DNA of 64,000 nucleotides, from assembly GCA_973895155.1 (NCBI GenBank), contig OZ316892.1:27302207-27366206 (forward strand), given 5' to 3'. The notes under the pieces are model-generated. The model was not told the DNA's origin, did not search any database, and saw only the letters and a program-made list of their open reading frames with translations. Positions 13,680-26,400 of the stretch are shown piece after piece (within the stretch, counting starts at the first letter, position 1; each line of letters begins with the position of its first letter). Origin of the DNA: Marsupella aquatica. Taxonomy: Eukaryota; Plantae; Marchantiophyta. Position numbers and translations under genes: made by a program.

Positions 13680-13720
13680 CAAGGGCCCGTCCCTTTCCTC
13701 TCCTCTTGATGGGCCTTAAA
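13680..13720 (-). promoter_or_regulatory. Probable UTP23 promoter region with site II-like GGGCC motifs
   Basis: AAGGGCCC at ~13681 and TGGGCC at ~13710 lie at the GC-to-AT transition upstream of the gene. Such motifs are typical of plant ribosome-biogenesis genes. The TSS is not determined. Confidence 0.35.
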
Positions 13721-16700
13721 ACTCAAAATTAACTTGGATGGTCCTTAACTTAGTACTTAGGGTTACTAACCGAAAAACGTTATGGAGTATTAGTGCCTGT
13801 AAAAGTTCTCTCTCAATCCAAGTGTTATTATTTAAATTTTTTGGACATATCACCTTTAATAATGGCATATGTATTTTGGTAGCCCATAGTGATTTTGTTC
13901 TGGCTAGAGTTTTATGTTCTGAGCCCTAACTGAATTATAAGAGTGCTTTGACACTCCCTATTACAATAAAGATTGGTCATATGCCATGATCATGGTGGAA
14001 AAAAAAACTTTTACACACCTTGTGAAAAAATTATCACCTGTTGTTTATGGCCAAAAATCATCATGGACAACTATCAAGCTTTGTGATACCCTGTTCCACT
14101 TGATACTCTTTACAGTAATTAGCCTGCTATTTATTGCCATCCCTAATTTTCCAAAACCTGGGAAATAGCAATCTCTTTAAGTGTAGTTAATTTTTTAAGG
14201 AAACCTAAACTGACCCCACTCCAGTTTTAGAGTAGAATTAGTGGATTGTGGAAGATTGGACAATGGCTGAGCTGCCACTGTCACTCAAAGCATGCAAGGG
14301 CTATCTTTTACTGCTATTTTGGTGCATGAGTATCACCACTTCAGGAGAACAGTGGTGGGTAATGTGTGATATAGCATGCTCATCCTGGAACATGCTTCAT
14401 TTTTTGTCTTGTAGTGATCTAATACTCACTCCATCCAACAAACCTTACATAGGGCTAGACTAGGTGAAGACAACCAGGGTTGAGGACTACTTAGCTTCCA
14501 TTTTTGTGTCAACTTGAGGGTCTGATCAGACATTGAGCTCTTTCACAATGTGAGGGATGCAAAGTTTTCTATGCCTCACCCATCTACACTAGATTGCCCA
14601 AGTACCCCATCCTTTTGGTTGAGATAATTAATCTCATCAGTTATCAGTGAAGTTCATCAGTGAAACTGATATTAGTTACCATATCATCTCAGAGAGACAG
14701 CCGAATTGCCGAGGGAAAAAAAGTTTAATTTTTTTCTTCAAAATTTAACAAGAATTTTTTTCCCAAATTTTTTCACTATGGACATCCATATGGTACAAAA
14801 ACTAAGTTTTTGTTTTTCCATCCGCACGCCCATCTCGGCGAGGTCAGCTGAGATTGGTGTCACTTGCCTATCCAACGATTAATACTTGCAAACCGTACTT
14901 TTCTTCGCTTAAACCGTTGGTATCGTATTACGGGGTCGTGGAGGGACGCTATTTGGAGGATTTGCACACCTAAGGATGAGTATGTTTGATTTCGCTCCCG
15001 GAAGTGTACTTTTTGATCAAGTCTACCGACTGGTCTCTCCGTTTTTGATCAAGTCCAAGGGACTGGTCCTACCATCTACAACTCATGCCCACCAGGTGAG
15101 TGTTGTCACCACCCCCCTCCTCTCTGGGGCAAGTATACAAACATTTACAATAAGATTTGAACACTAGTGACAAGGGCAAATGTTTCCACAATGACACCGA
15201 CCACACGCACTAGGGGAGGAAAACAAACCACACAAGCAACCACAAGTGACACACAAAATATTGGAACCTCAAGCCAAATCCATATCTCTTGGTGTTTCTC
15301 GTAACACATGCAAGGACAACCCGGCCTCCTGCCTCCTGCCGTCTGCCCAACTCCTGCCTCCCGGGGACAAGTGCTACGTTCTCCACCTCACTACTCTGGC
15401 TTGAACTTCTCCTAATCGGTGCGCTACTCACAAAAGCTACTCCAAAGCATCCAAGCACTACGCTGAGTTCCCCCCCACACTACTCCGGGGCTCTCCCCCT
15501 AAATACCAAAAAACACACCAAAGCACCCCTCACGGGGCCACAATGATGGCGGCTTACCCTAGCGGCGCCGCTAAACCCTTCACTAAGAAACCCCTAAACT
15601 AAAAGCATGTGGCACACACATGCTTCTAAAACCCTAAACTAACTATGGGACCGACGGTGCCTTCGACGGTGCCCCAACATCGCTCCGTGAACCGCGAAAA
15701 AAAACAAGGGACCCCACAATGGCCGAAACTAGGTTCCCTTCCATTTGCACTTCTGAGTTCACCCCTGGATAGCTCTCCCCCTCCTGATCACGAATCACTC
15801 AACCGCTCTCGAAACCGACATCGGACGACCAAGTTATGGCCGTTTCCGTATCCCGTAACCACAACTTCGCCGGGCCATAACCTCCTCATCCTGGCTCCGT
15901 TTGAGGAGCGCCGCCCCTTGTTGGAATCAGCTCCGCGAGCTCTTTCCAACAAGCCCGTGAGTGACCCCTCACAAAAATGTTGGAAAGTCCAGGGACCGTA
16001 CAACCACGTCCGTACGACCACCCTAGTCCTCCTCATCCTCACTCACGGTGCCATGGCTTGAGCCCCGTGAGTTGGTCTCCTCCTCACTCTCCACTGGAGT
16101 GAGTGCCACTTCACTCCTCTTCTTCTTTACCGGGGTACTCCTTGTGCTAGTGTTCCCCTGCTTTCTCAAATTGGCCAAGGCCTGCCACGCCTTAATGTAC
16201 CCCTCACCAATGGTGTCCTTCCATAAGGCCGCCTCTTCACCGGACCGCAACTCCAACGGTAAAACCTGCCCGGTGGCCATGGGAGTCCCAGGGGTGACAA
16301 ATCAGGGCGACATCCCCGGGGTCCCCGTGTTGACCTGAGCCTCTCGTAACGATTTACGTACCTCCCTGAGCTTCTTCTCTAAGCTCTTGCTTTTCTCTTG
16401 ACTCTTCTTGGCTGCATCCAACAGGGGCCCATACTTCCCACTGACATCCTTCACCACCATCTCAATGGCCCTGGAGATCAAATCCGGGGAAAGTGTGGAG
16501 CTAGGTGTGTAGGGGTTCTTCCGTTTCCCCAGACTCAAGGCTTCACTCCTCTTAGCCCTTGTCTCAAAGATCACCAATTGACTCCGTAGTGCTCCCACCT
16601 GGGCTCTTAACTCCACCATTTCTCCAGAATTCTGCTTCTCTTTGGCCAATGTTTGTTTCAATACTCCAACCTCTTCCGCTTCCTTGGCCTTGGTGGACAA

Positions 16701-16840
16701 GGCTCCCTTCAAGTTGGAAATCTCTACGTGAGCTGCTTGGAGAAGTTTAACCTTCTCATGAATGGCCTCCTCCTTGGCCTTGATCACCTCCTTCATAGAC
16801 AAGGCACCCTGCCCCAAAGTCTCTACTCTGGCGGTGGCCT

Positions 16841-19026
16841 TGTAATGCTGTACATTAGTTAGAAATGATGGAAATTTTATAAATTTTAAACTTTTTCTAA
16901 CTCAAGGTACAATCTAGTTACCTTTTGTAGCAATTTAGATCAACCGAACACTTTACCTAATGTTATGCTTCATCGGAGGCTATTGCCTATATTGGACAAG
17001 GATCGCCAATATAAATCCTTGCTCTTTACATGCTACCAAGAAAGAAGACTGGACATCATTGGAGAAGCAATGCAGACTAGAAGATTCAAGAACCGAACTC
17101 CAAAACATTTTTTTAACAAGAATGAGCTCTGCATACAATTATCACAATCAGCCGATCTCTGCTATTTTAGTTAAATAGCTATCATGGTCAGAAAAGTCTC
17201 ATACTTTTTCAGGAGGTAGTAGTTGCGTAGTAGAATCATCCCTGCAAGTTTCATCTCAAACCGACATGTAGTTTGAAAGTTAGAATTAATTTAGTTTTGC
17301 TGTTTTTCGCATAGCCGCGACTTCGCCGACGCTTTGTGAAGCGTCCCTTGTATTTTTGGACGCTTTGAAAAGCGTCCACCCAAGACCACGACGCTTTTTG
17401 AAGCGTCCACCACCCAACCAGATGCGACCCCCTTAACCACGACGCTTTTTGAGCCGTCCTTCACCGATACCACGGAACAGAAGACGCTTCGTGAAACGTC
17501 TATTCGAACCAGACACCGGACGCTTTAAGACGCTTTCTGAAGCGTCCGCTAACCCCAAAGTCCGATGAGACGCTTTCTGAAGCGTCCACATGAGAAGTGA
17601 CGCCTTGTGAAGCGTCCGACCGTGTTCGAAGACAAAGCAGAATCGACGCTTTTTGAAGCGTCCGCCAAGACAGACTTCGCCGCTTTCTGAAGTGTCGCAC
17701 CCGAAGACCAGAAGACGGACGCTGCGACCAAAACCTCAAAATTCAGCCAACGCTTTCTGAAGCGTCCACAAAAGTCCTTTGTAGTTTTGGACGCTTTCTG
17801 AAGCGTCCACTATGCTCCCGACACTTAGAAAAATTTTCAGTTTTCGCACTTTTATAACACCGTGCCACTTTTACCGATTTATTTGAGACACTTAGAGATC
17901 TCAGAAAAGTCTGAAACTTTGTCAGCATAGAGACTATATGTAGTAGAGTACCCTAGAAACGTTTCAACTCATTCCGACTTTTAGTTTAGAAGTTAAAATT
18001 AGATTAAAATCACTGTTTATTAGTTTTACCGCAAACACCGACGCTTTGCAAAGCATCCGCTCAAACCTCGACGCTTTCTGAAGCGTCCCCTGCATTTTTG
18101 ACACTTTCAGCAGTGTCCATTCACTTTTCAAGGATGACCGTCATTAAGTTTATTCAAGACCCTTTAGATATGAAAGGGCATATCCTTTCAGTATCTCAGT
18201 CTCCTTGGGTTCCTGCTAGCCTATATGAAGTAGAATTTGTGTCATTTTCAAGTGTGAAGAAATAAAGTAGTGCCTGTAGCATGTGCTGCAGTACTGGAAT
18301 CACCTTTGCTTGCAAATACAAAGGAATTTTTCTCCCTTCCTTGGTCTGAATGATTGAGAGTTTAGATCATTGAAGTAAAATTACTTGTATGAAGTTGAAT
18401 CTCAGAAGTATGAGGGAATAGATTCCTTAAGTGGTGACAACCCATCTTCTTGAGTTCTTGATGCATAGTTTTTGGCATGACATTGCTTGTGCACGGATGC
18501 AAAGATTGTTACTCACCAATTACCTGTGACTTCAATTTGATCATGATGGTGTTTATTATTCGTGACTCAGAGTACCGACTGGATATCGAAGTGATTGATT
18601 ACTAGTTTCTTCTGAGTACCTTTGGAAGGAAAAGTTGAGACGTGTTGACGGCATTTTAGTAATCATCCTAGTACAGTAAACCATTCCAGAAATGTTCTTA
18701 CGGATATACCACCCAAATCACATCAAATGAAGTATTGATGAGAAGTTACCTTGGTGTTTTCCAGACTCCCTCATCATACCTCAAGATTTCATTGTGTTTT
18801 GTTATTTGTTTCCATTTTATTAATTGCATTTATAATGTTAAGCAAACATTCAAATCTATGCCTTGCTGAGCAACCATAGTAAAAGGCTCAAACCTGTGTT
18901 TTTTGTGACCTTAGTCATTCATAAGTGTTAAACGATAGAAAATTATTCCTTTCTTGTTCTTCCATGGGATCGAATACCGAGTTTTGGACATTAAATGTTG
19001 ATTTATGTCCTTAGTACAATACTACC
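16841..19026 (+). mobile_element. Solo LTR (~2.19 kb), copy 1, probably Gypsy/Athila-like
   Basis: TGTAATG...TACTAC(A). Left TSD is GGCCT; the right junction fits GGCCT with a 4-bp deletion. Inverted homologue at 19749-21839. The U5-like CCATGGGATCGA near the end suggests Athila (tentative). Confidence 0.85.
17325..18090. repeat. Dispersed palindromic motif GACGCTT-N4-AAGCGTC inside the solo LTR
   Basis: More than a dozen copies, e.g. GACGCTTTCTGAAGCGTC at ~17529, ~17750, ~17790 and ~18070; mirrored at 20770-21360. Confidence 0.85.
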
Positions 19027-19748
19027 TGCTTGAGAGAATCTCTCAATGCGTGGACTAGCTTGAGTCCCTCATGGACTCCCTCCCGGAATTCCCGTAACTC
19101 CGCCAGGTAGACATCAGGAATGTCATAGACCAGGGGCTCCTCCGGATTTCCCACAAGTGATTCAAGTCACTCCAATGTGGAGTCCTCATCCTGGTTTTCT
19201 TCCTCTCTATTATCATCTCCAACCGCCGAGGATGATCCCTCCGTTAGTTTTCCCAAGATGGTAGTGGCAATCCTCCTGATTTCTGTGGTAAGGGATGATC
19301 CAGTGTCTTTCTGTCCCGGGGAAACAATCCACCCTTCTGCTCTGGCTAGCAAAAATGACCCCATCAAATGTACAGCCCCACCTGGTTTCACACTCCCGGG
19401 ATCGGCGTCCAGTAGCTTCTTCAACCCGTAGTACCACCATCCGTACACATGGGCTGGATAGTTCTTGATGTCCATAGCTACCACGAAGTGCTCTCCATTC
19501 ACCACCCCTGATTGCACGTTACCAAGGACCCGTTGATGAACCTTAGCCAAAAATCCCTTGTGCTCAGACAGCATCCTTGACGGCGGAAAGAGGAATGGAA
19601 GTAGTGGAGGTGGGATTAATCACCCAACCGGCCACCATTGTCAATGTGAGCTCTCCCCTTATGTTCCGAGGTGTGAATGAGAATTGTTGGTTCTTCAAAA
19701 ACAGAAGCTTAGCTAACTCCACATGGGGCACTACCCGTTGGAGACATT

Positions 19749-21839
19749 TGTAGTATTGCACTAAGGACATAAATCAACATTTAATATCCAAAACTCGGTA
19801 TTCGATCCCATGGAAGAACAAGAAAGGAATGATTTTCTATCGTTTAACACTTATGAATGACTAAGGTCACAAAAAACACAGGTTTGAGCCTTTTATAATG
19901 GTTGCTCAGCAAGGCATAGATTTGAATGTTTGCTTAACATTGTAAATGCAATTAATAAAATGGAAACAAATAACAAAACATAATGAAATCTTGAGGTATG
20001 ATGAGGGAGTCATCTTCACACTTGAAAATGACACAAATTCTACTTCATATAGGCTAGCAGGAACCCAAGGAGACTAAGGTATGATGAGGGAGTCTGGAAA
20101 ACACCAAGGTAACTTCTCATCAATACTTCATTTGATGTGATTTTGGGTGGTATATCCGTAAGAACATTTCTGGAATGGTTTACTGTACTAGGATGATTAC
20201 TAAAATGCCGTCAACACGTCTCAATTTTTCCTTCCAAAGGTACTCAGAAGAAACTAGTAATCAATCACTTCGATATCCAGTCGGTACTCTGAGTCACGAA
20301 TAATAAACATCATCATGATCAAATTGAAGTCACAGGTAATTGGTGAGTAACAATCTTTGCATCCCATGCACAAGCAATGTCACGCCAAAAACTATGCATC
20401 AAGAACTCAAGAAGATGGGTTGTCACCACTTAAGGAATCTATTCCCTCATACTTCTGAGATTCAACTTCATACAAGTAATTTTACTTCAATGATCTAAAC
20501 TCTCAATCATTCAGACCAAGGAAGGGAGAAGAATTCCTTTTGCATTTGCAAGCAAAGGTGATTCCAGTCTGCAACACATGCCACAGGCACTACTTTATTT
20601 CTTCACACTTGAAAATGACACAAATTCTACTTCATATAGGCTAGCAGGAACCCAAGGAGACTGAGATACTGAAAGGACATGCCCTTTCATATCTAAAGGG
20701 TCTTGAATAAACTTAATGACGGTCATCCTTGAAAAGTGAATGGACACTGCTGAAAGTGTCAAAAATGCAGGGGACGCTTCAGAAAGCGTCGAGGTTGAGC
20801 GGACGCTTTGCAAAGCGTCGGTGTTTGCGGTAAAACTAATAAACAGTGATTTTAATCTAATTTTAACTTCTAAACTAAAAGTCGGAATGAGTTGAAACAT
20901 TTCTAGGGTACTGTACTACATATAATCTCTATGCTGACAAAGTTTCAGACTTTTCTGAGATCTCTAAGTGTCTCAAATAAATCAGTAAAAGTGGCGCAGT
21001 GTTATAAAAGTGCGAAAACTGAAAATTTTTCTAAGTGTCGGGAACATAGTGGACGCTTCAGAAAGCGTCCAAAACTACAAAGGACTTTTGTGGACGCTTC
21101 AGAAAGCGTCAGCTGAATTTTAAGGTTTTGGTCACAGCGTCCGTCTTCTGGTCTTCGGGTGCGACCATTCAGTGGGCGTCGCAGTGTCGATGTCGCTGCC
21201 GGGGTAGCAGATACTTCTGTGGGCGTCGCTCCTCATGTGGATTGCAAAGCGTCGGAGTACAACTGGTTGGGTGGTGGACGCTTCAAAAAGCGTCGTGGTC
21301 TTGGGTGGACGCTTTTCAAAGCGTCCAAAAATACAAGGGACGCTTCACAAAGCGTCGGCGAAGTCGCGGCTATGCGAAAAACAACAAAACTAAATTAATT
21401 CTAACTTTCAAACCACATGTCGGTTTGAGATGAAACTTGCAGGGATGATTCTACTACGCAACTACTATCTCCTGAAAAAGTATGAGAATTTTCTGACCAT
21501 GATAGCTATTTAACTAAAATAGCATAGATCGGCTGATTGTGATAATTGTATACAGAGCTCATTCTTGTTGAAAAAGTGTTTTGGAGTCCGGTTCTTGAAT
21601 CTTCTAGTCTGCATTGCTTCTCCAATGATGTCCAGTCTTCTTTCTTGGTAGCATGTAAAGAGCAAGGATTTATATTCGCGATCCTTGTCCAATACAATAG
21701 CCTCCGATGAAGCATAACATTAGGTGAAGTGTTCAGTTGATCTAAATTGCTATAAAAGGTAACTAGATTGTACCTTGAGTTAGAAAAAGTTTAAAATTTA
21801 TAAAATTTTCATCATTTCTAACTAATGTACAGCATTACA
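19749..21839 (-). mobile_element. Solo LTR (~2.09 kb), copy 2, inverted relative to copy 1
   Basis: TGTAGT...ATTACA with perfect TSD ACATT at 19744-19748 and 21840-21844; reverse complement of 16841-19026. Confidence 0.9.
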
Positions 21840-22499
21840 ACATTCAAAGTAGATTCCTTCCGTACGTAACTCCATCCCGGCCCCAATGTTCCAACTCTTC
21901 CCCGAAGGGATTGTAATCTCCACCTTCATGAACTCCGTGAGCCCGGTGGCCAGAAAAATATTCCTACAATCCTCCATCACCTTGGCAGAGGTTTTGGGAT
22001 AAATTCGACGAAAAACCTTCCTCAAAACCGGTGCTGGACTTGCTGCCGGTCCAGTACTCATCGTAGCGTCCCTCTCTTCTCTCTCTCTTGCAATCAATGT
22101 CTCAACGTAGTCACGGTAAGCAGCCTTGTATCTCCGAATGCGTGCCTCACTAAACTCTGGTTGATCCAGCATCCATGCATCCAGAAATCCAATCCTCAAT
22201 CACCAAATCCCGTTACCCGTAGCAATGTCAATTCCCTGGCCCGAAACAGCCCCCGTATCCCGATCAATCAATGACCCAATCTCAATTTTCCAGACATAAT
22301 TCACTGTAGCCACCGTTAATGCTCGGAGACAGTGAGTCCCCCAATTCAATGCCGAGCTAGAGAGAAAGGGAAAAAAATTGGAGAACCAGGAACCAGGGTA
22401 CTGTTTACAAAGAAGCAGTTTTGAGGGAAGCTTTCGGCATCTCAAGGGAAGCAAGAAAAAAATTAAGGGGAAAGCAAGAAGTGGTGGCTTTCCTAAGGG

Positions 22500-23450
22500 C
22501 GCAGGCCCCCCTTAAGTATACCCCTGAGCGCCAGGTGCCGTCCGCTGCCCTCTCTTGGGTATTGACTCACCCGAGTATCGGGGAGTATTTTCTCCCCCCT
22601 TCTGACGCTCGCGTACCTTGCCCCCTCTCACCTGCCCTCCGAAGCGTCCCGGCTGCGCTTAAATGGGGGCTTTAATTCTCCCCCCACTACTCGTGGGAGC
22701 GCCTCGCGCCTCCCATCTTGCAGGAGCACCTTGCGCCTCCCATGGGATTTTAAACCCCCTTCTGACAGCCTCTCATGCGGGAGCGCCTTCCCACGAGGGC
22801 TTAATTGCCCCCCCCACTCCGCGATCTTCTCCTCCCGGCGCCGGCTGCGACCCGGCTGCGCTGTGCCCCGGCTCGCTTGGGCTCTTACTCGCGGGCTTCC
22901 CCCAGCTCCGGCAAGCCGCCCGGTACCTCCCGGCTGCGCTGCGCTTTCACCCCCTTCGCCGCTGCGCCCCTTTTGGGGGGATTTAATTTCCCCCCTTCCC
23001 CGGCAGCCCTCTCCCGCTCGCGGCCACCTCTGCTCGCGGGCTCACGGGAGGGTTTAATACCCCCCCTCCTTCACTCCTCTTACTCCTCGGCTGGCCTCGC
23101 CGCTGCTGCCCAACTCAACCTGGGGATTCCACGTGGCGGCTCTAGGGCTGCCCCTTATGGGCCCCCAAGTGCTCGCCCTTTGCCAGGCCACTTCAAGGGC
23201 ATTTAACCCCCCTCCGCGACCTTCCTGATCACCGGCCTCCCGCTACCCTGGCCTCCTTACTTAGTACTCACGGTGCCCCTTAAGGGGAAATTTTAATTTT
23301 CCCCCCAACACCTCGGCGCCTCGCGGCTGCTGCCGCGCCTCATTTCCTTCATCTCACGAGGGCTCCTTAATGGGGAATTTTAATCCCCCCCTTCAGCCTT
23401 ACCTTAACGCTCCTCCGGTGGCGCCTCGCTTTTCCCATATTCAGTAAAGG
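22500..23450. repeat. GC-rich region with a recurrent G-run/TTTAA/C-run hairpin motif
   Basis: About 8 copies, e.g. GGGGGATTTAATTTCCCCCC at ~22976 and GGGGAATTTTAATCCCCCCC at ~23371. Confidence 0.7.
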
Positions 23451-24104
23451 TTAGCACTCCTCCTAAACCTTATTGGGGTCTCAACAAAAGAAAGAGGGAA
23501 TCAGGACCTAAGGGAAACAGGGTGTCCACTTAGACCGACCCTAGTGTCAAGGTCCCAACATCCTGGTTGCTGGGGAGCCTTAGGCCTCCAAACTATTAGG
23601 ATATCCAAGAATGTAGAGACCTCTGGGGCATAGCAACCGATAATGACGGTCGTAACAAAAAAACAAAAAAACGGCTTATTTACAATGGTTATTTACACTC
23701 GCAACACTCCGCGACCATTATTCGTGATTTTGAGTGACGGGGACCCCGTCACAATTGGGCCCATCTCAGCTGCCTAGCTGAGATGCACAAAGTTACAAAG
23801 CTCTATCTCAGTTGCGCAGCTAAAATTGACCAAAATAATTGATAATTGATATTAATCACTAATAACTTCGATGAGCCCCTGATAACTAATGAAATAGTTG
23901 ACCACCTTTTTGGGTGTTGTGAGATTCACCCATGATTCTTATTAGCATGGCTTGTTCTATTCTTTCTCAAAGAATAGACTTCTCAATATAGTGTGTTACA
24001 ACCAGTGTTGGGTGGGTATATTACAACTGCACAGTAATGCTGCCATTGAAGGTATTGGAATCCTTTGCAACCTTGGCCTGACAGGTATTCACTACAGTCA
24101 ACTT

Positions 24105-24366
24105 GCATTGTACCCCCGGTTTGGACTTGTCGGACAAATAGGAGGATTTGGGACGACAAATGACATATGTCATCCCGTTCGATCCCGGCCGGGTGACAGG
24201 GTCGGGCCGGGAGGATGTGAAGCCGGGCCGGGAGAAGGGTCGGGGGGTTGGCCGGGTTGGGCCGGGATGGGGAGGGGGGGTCGGGCCGGGAGGGCCGGGA
24301 GGGGGGAGGTACAGGGAGGAGGTAGGGCCGGAAAAGGAGGGAGGGCCAGGAAGGGGAGAGCCGGCC
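24105..24366. repeat. G-rich GGGCCGGG repeat with a GACAAATGACA motif, related to the 5706-6335 insert
   Basis: The reverse complement of 24130-24172 resembles 5933-5976 (GACA.ATG.CA.TTTGTC..CCCAAA....CCTATTTGTCC). Both adjoin CCGGCC repeats. Confidence 0.55.
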
Positions 24367-24383
24367 ACTTTCTATACCAATCT

Positions 24384-24650
24384 CCTTAACTTATGACCTT
24401 ATTGATCTTGAAGTTACAATTGGGCTCAAACAGTACACCTACCTTTGTAGATGTGTGTATCAGAATGCCTTAACTTGTAACCTTATTGATTTTGAGGTTA
24501 CAATTAGAGTCAAAGAGTACACGGACCCTTGTTGAGGTGTGTACTAGAACGCCTTAACTTGTAACTTCATTGCTTTGAATTGATAATTGGTGTCAAACAG
24601 TACAATGACCCTTGGGTATATGTGTACAATAGTAGATTGCCTTAACTTGT
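24384..24650. repeat. Tandem repeat, ~84-bp unit x3
   Basis: CCTTAACTT at 24384, 24468, 24552 and 24640, with alignable spacers. Confidence 0.8.
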
Positions 24651-26400
24651 ATCATATGATAAAGATATTTGGATTATAGTGCCCTATTAATAAACTACTT
24701 AAGTGAATAACTTTTGGTAACAATAATTTACTTTTTCATTTTCAGAGTCCAACAAAAGGCAAATTTTACTTTCTTAATATATGTAAGCTGCTAAGATAAC
24801 CCCAAACTATATGAAACAAAATTATAGAAGACTAGTCTACCTACCAAGAGCATTGTTTTATTACAGATAGAAATGTAATTTATTAATAGTTACTTACATT
24901 TGGTTAAGATTGGAGAAATCTCTGATTATGCTAATGCTATAAATTTGAGTTTCACATTCAAGTGATATATTTCAATGCTATAAATTTGAGTTTCATATTC
25001 AAGTGATTATTATCATAAGTGTATGTGAATCACACTTATGATAATGCTATAAATTTGAGTTTTTCTATCAATTATTTTAAAATAAACACTATTATGATAA
25101 ATAGTACATGTGCAAAATTAAATTTGCAATATATATAGATGCTTAATTTAGCTTACAAAGGATCAATTTTTTATTTTACACATATTGAATGGGGGAGAGA
25201 AACAAACCTCTATTTCAAGCCTTATGAGAAACTTGGGGTTGTTTCTTAGTGACGCTTGCGACCCTCCAAAATTTTTCTAGAAACTCACACAAAATTGCTC
25301 ATGTCAAGAATTGAAAACAAAACATTGAGCCACTTCACAAGTAACAATTCAACACAAGTTCTAGACATAAAAAACATGCAATGATATAAACACTTACCTA
25401 GATCATAGTCACCATGAGAAACCTTAAGAAAAGATCTCGTCTGCCACATGAGTCTATCTTTTGTCAGGTCTTGGTGAGATATATTCCTTAAATGCACACC
25501 AAAAAATTGATAAGCATAATCTCAAATTCACTTACAATTGAAGCATAACCAACAATTTCCAAAACGTAATTTATTTTATTATTATGAAATCTCTACAAAA
25601 ACAAGTCTATGACTTTTTATTGATTAGTAGAACATACATTTGAAAAGAAGTAAATCAAGTGTTACTCACTCCTCTCATGAACATGGTTATATATAACCTT
25701 GGTTTCTTTTCAACATGATCATTATGATTCTACACTTTGTGTTTTTTTTCTTTGTTTCCATTTGCCATTAATGAGATTGATGAGAATTTTGTTTTTTTAC
25801 ATTTGTCATTACTCCACAAATCATGATGAATAAAGTACACTTTCCCAAACAAGCATAATTGACTCCCCACAAAACAATTAGAACCAGATTTGTTTGCTAG
25901 TGATGCCAATACACCGTGTTAAATCAACACCGCATTAAGGCTCCCCAGCCTTCTTGGGGCCCCGTACCCTGCCCATCAGTAATCCCAATGCTGCTGCCCG
26001 CAAGCCCGCACGTCCGTCAATCACCGTTCTGGCGCACATGAAACGTATTAGCCCCGATCGGCGACGAACGGAAAATTTCGGTCCATTTCAAATTTCATGG
26101 CCTTTAGGGCGCGGGACACGCTTACCCGACCTCCAGTCCCCCTCTATTTTGTCACATGTTCTCATTCTCAGTTGTTATCATTGTGGTCCCGCTGCTGGAA
26201 ATACTTGATGTACAGTGTTGTGCGTTCTGTCGTCATATCATTTTCTAGCACGCGCGAGCATTCTGCCCGAAGTTTGCAGAGTCTTGAGCTCTTGTTTCTT
26301 GTCTCCCACGCGCACTATCAAATGCGATTCGGCCTTTTCAATTAAGATTGTGTTTTTCCACTGTGCATATATGTTTTTACTTTTTCTTCACCACGGATTA

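Larger units (their letters stand above)
16023..22350 (-). pseudogene. Interrupted ORF of unknown function (~700 aa; acidic linker, coiled coil, basic NLS-like tail)
   Basis: Frames join across both LTR insertions: GIYFEC|LQRVVPH and RDSLKQ|ATARVETLGQGALS. Several in-frame stops and one frameshift near 19570. Confidence 0.7.
14858..23753 (-). mobile_element. TG...CA element with 5-bp TSD; probable giant solo LTR (~4.6 kb net of nested inserts) carrying a decayed ORF
   Basis: Begins TGTCAC and ends GTCACA. ATTGG at 14853-14857 and 23754-23758. No internal terminal direct repeats and no gag/pol motifs seen. Confidence 0.72.

Noticed and set aside
17325-18090. CRISPR-like array of palindromes with spacers
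   Set aside because: Eukaryotic LTR context, irregular spacing, degenerate repeats and no cas genes.
16841-21839. A single foldback/TIR transposon with 2-kb arms
   Set aside because: Each arm has its own TG...CA ends and TSD, and the spacer continues the flanking ORF, so these are two solo LTRs.
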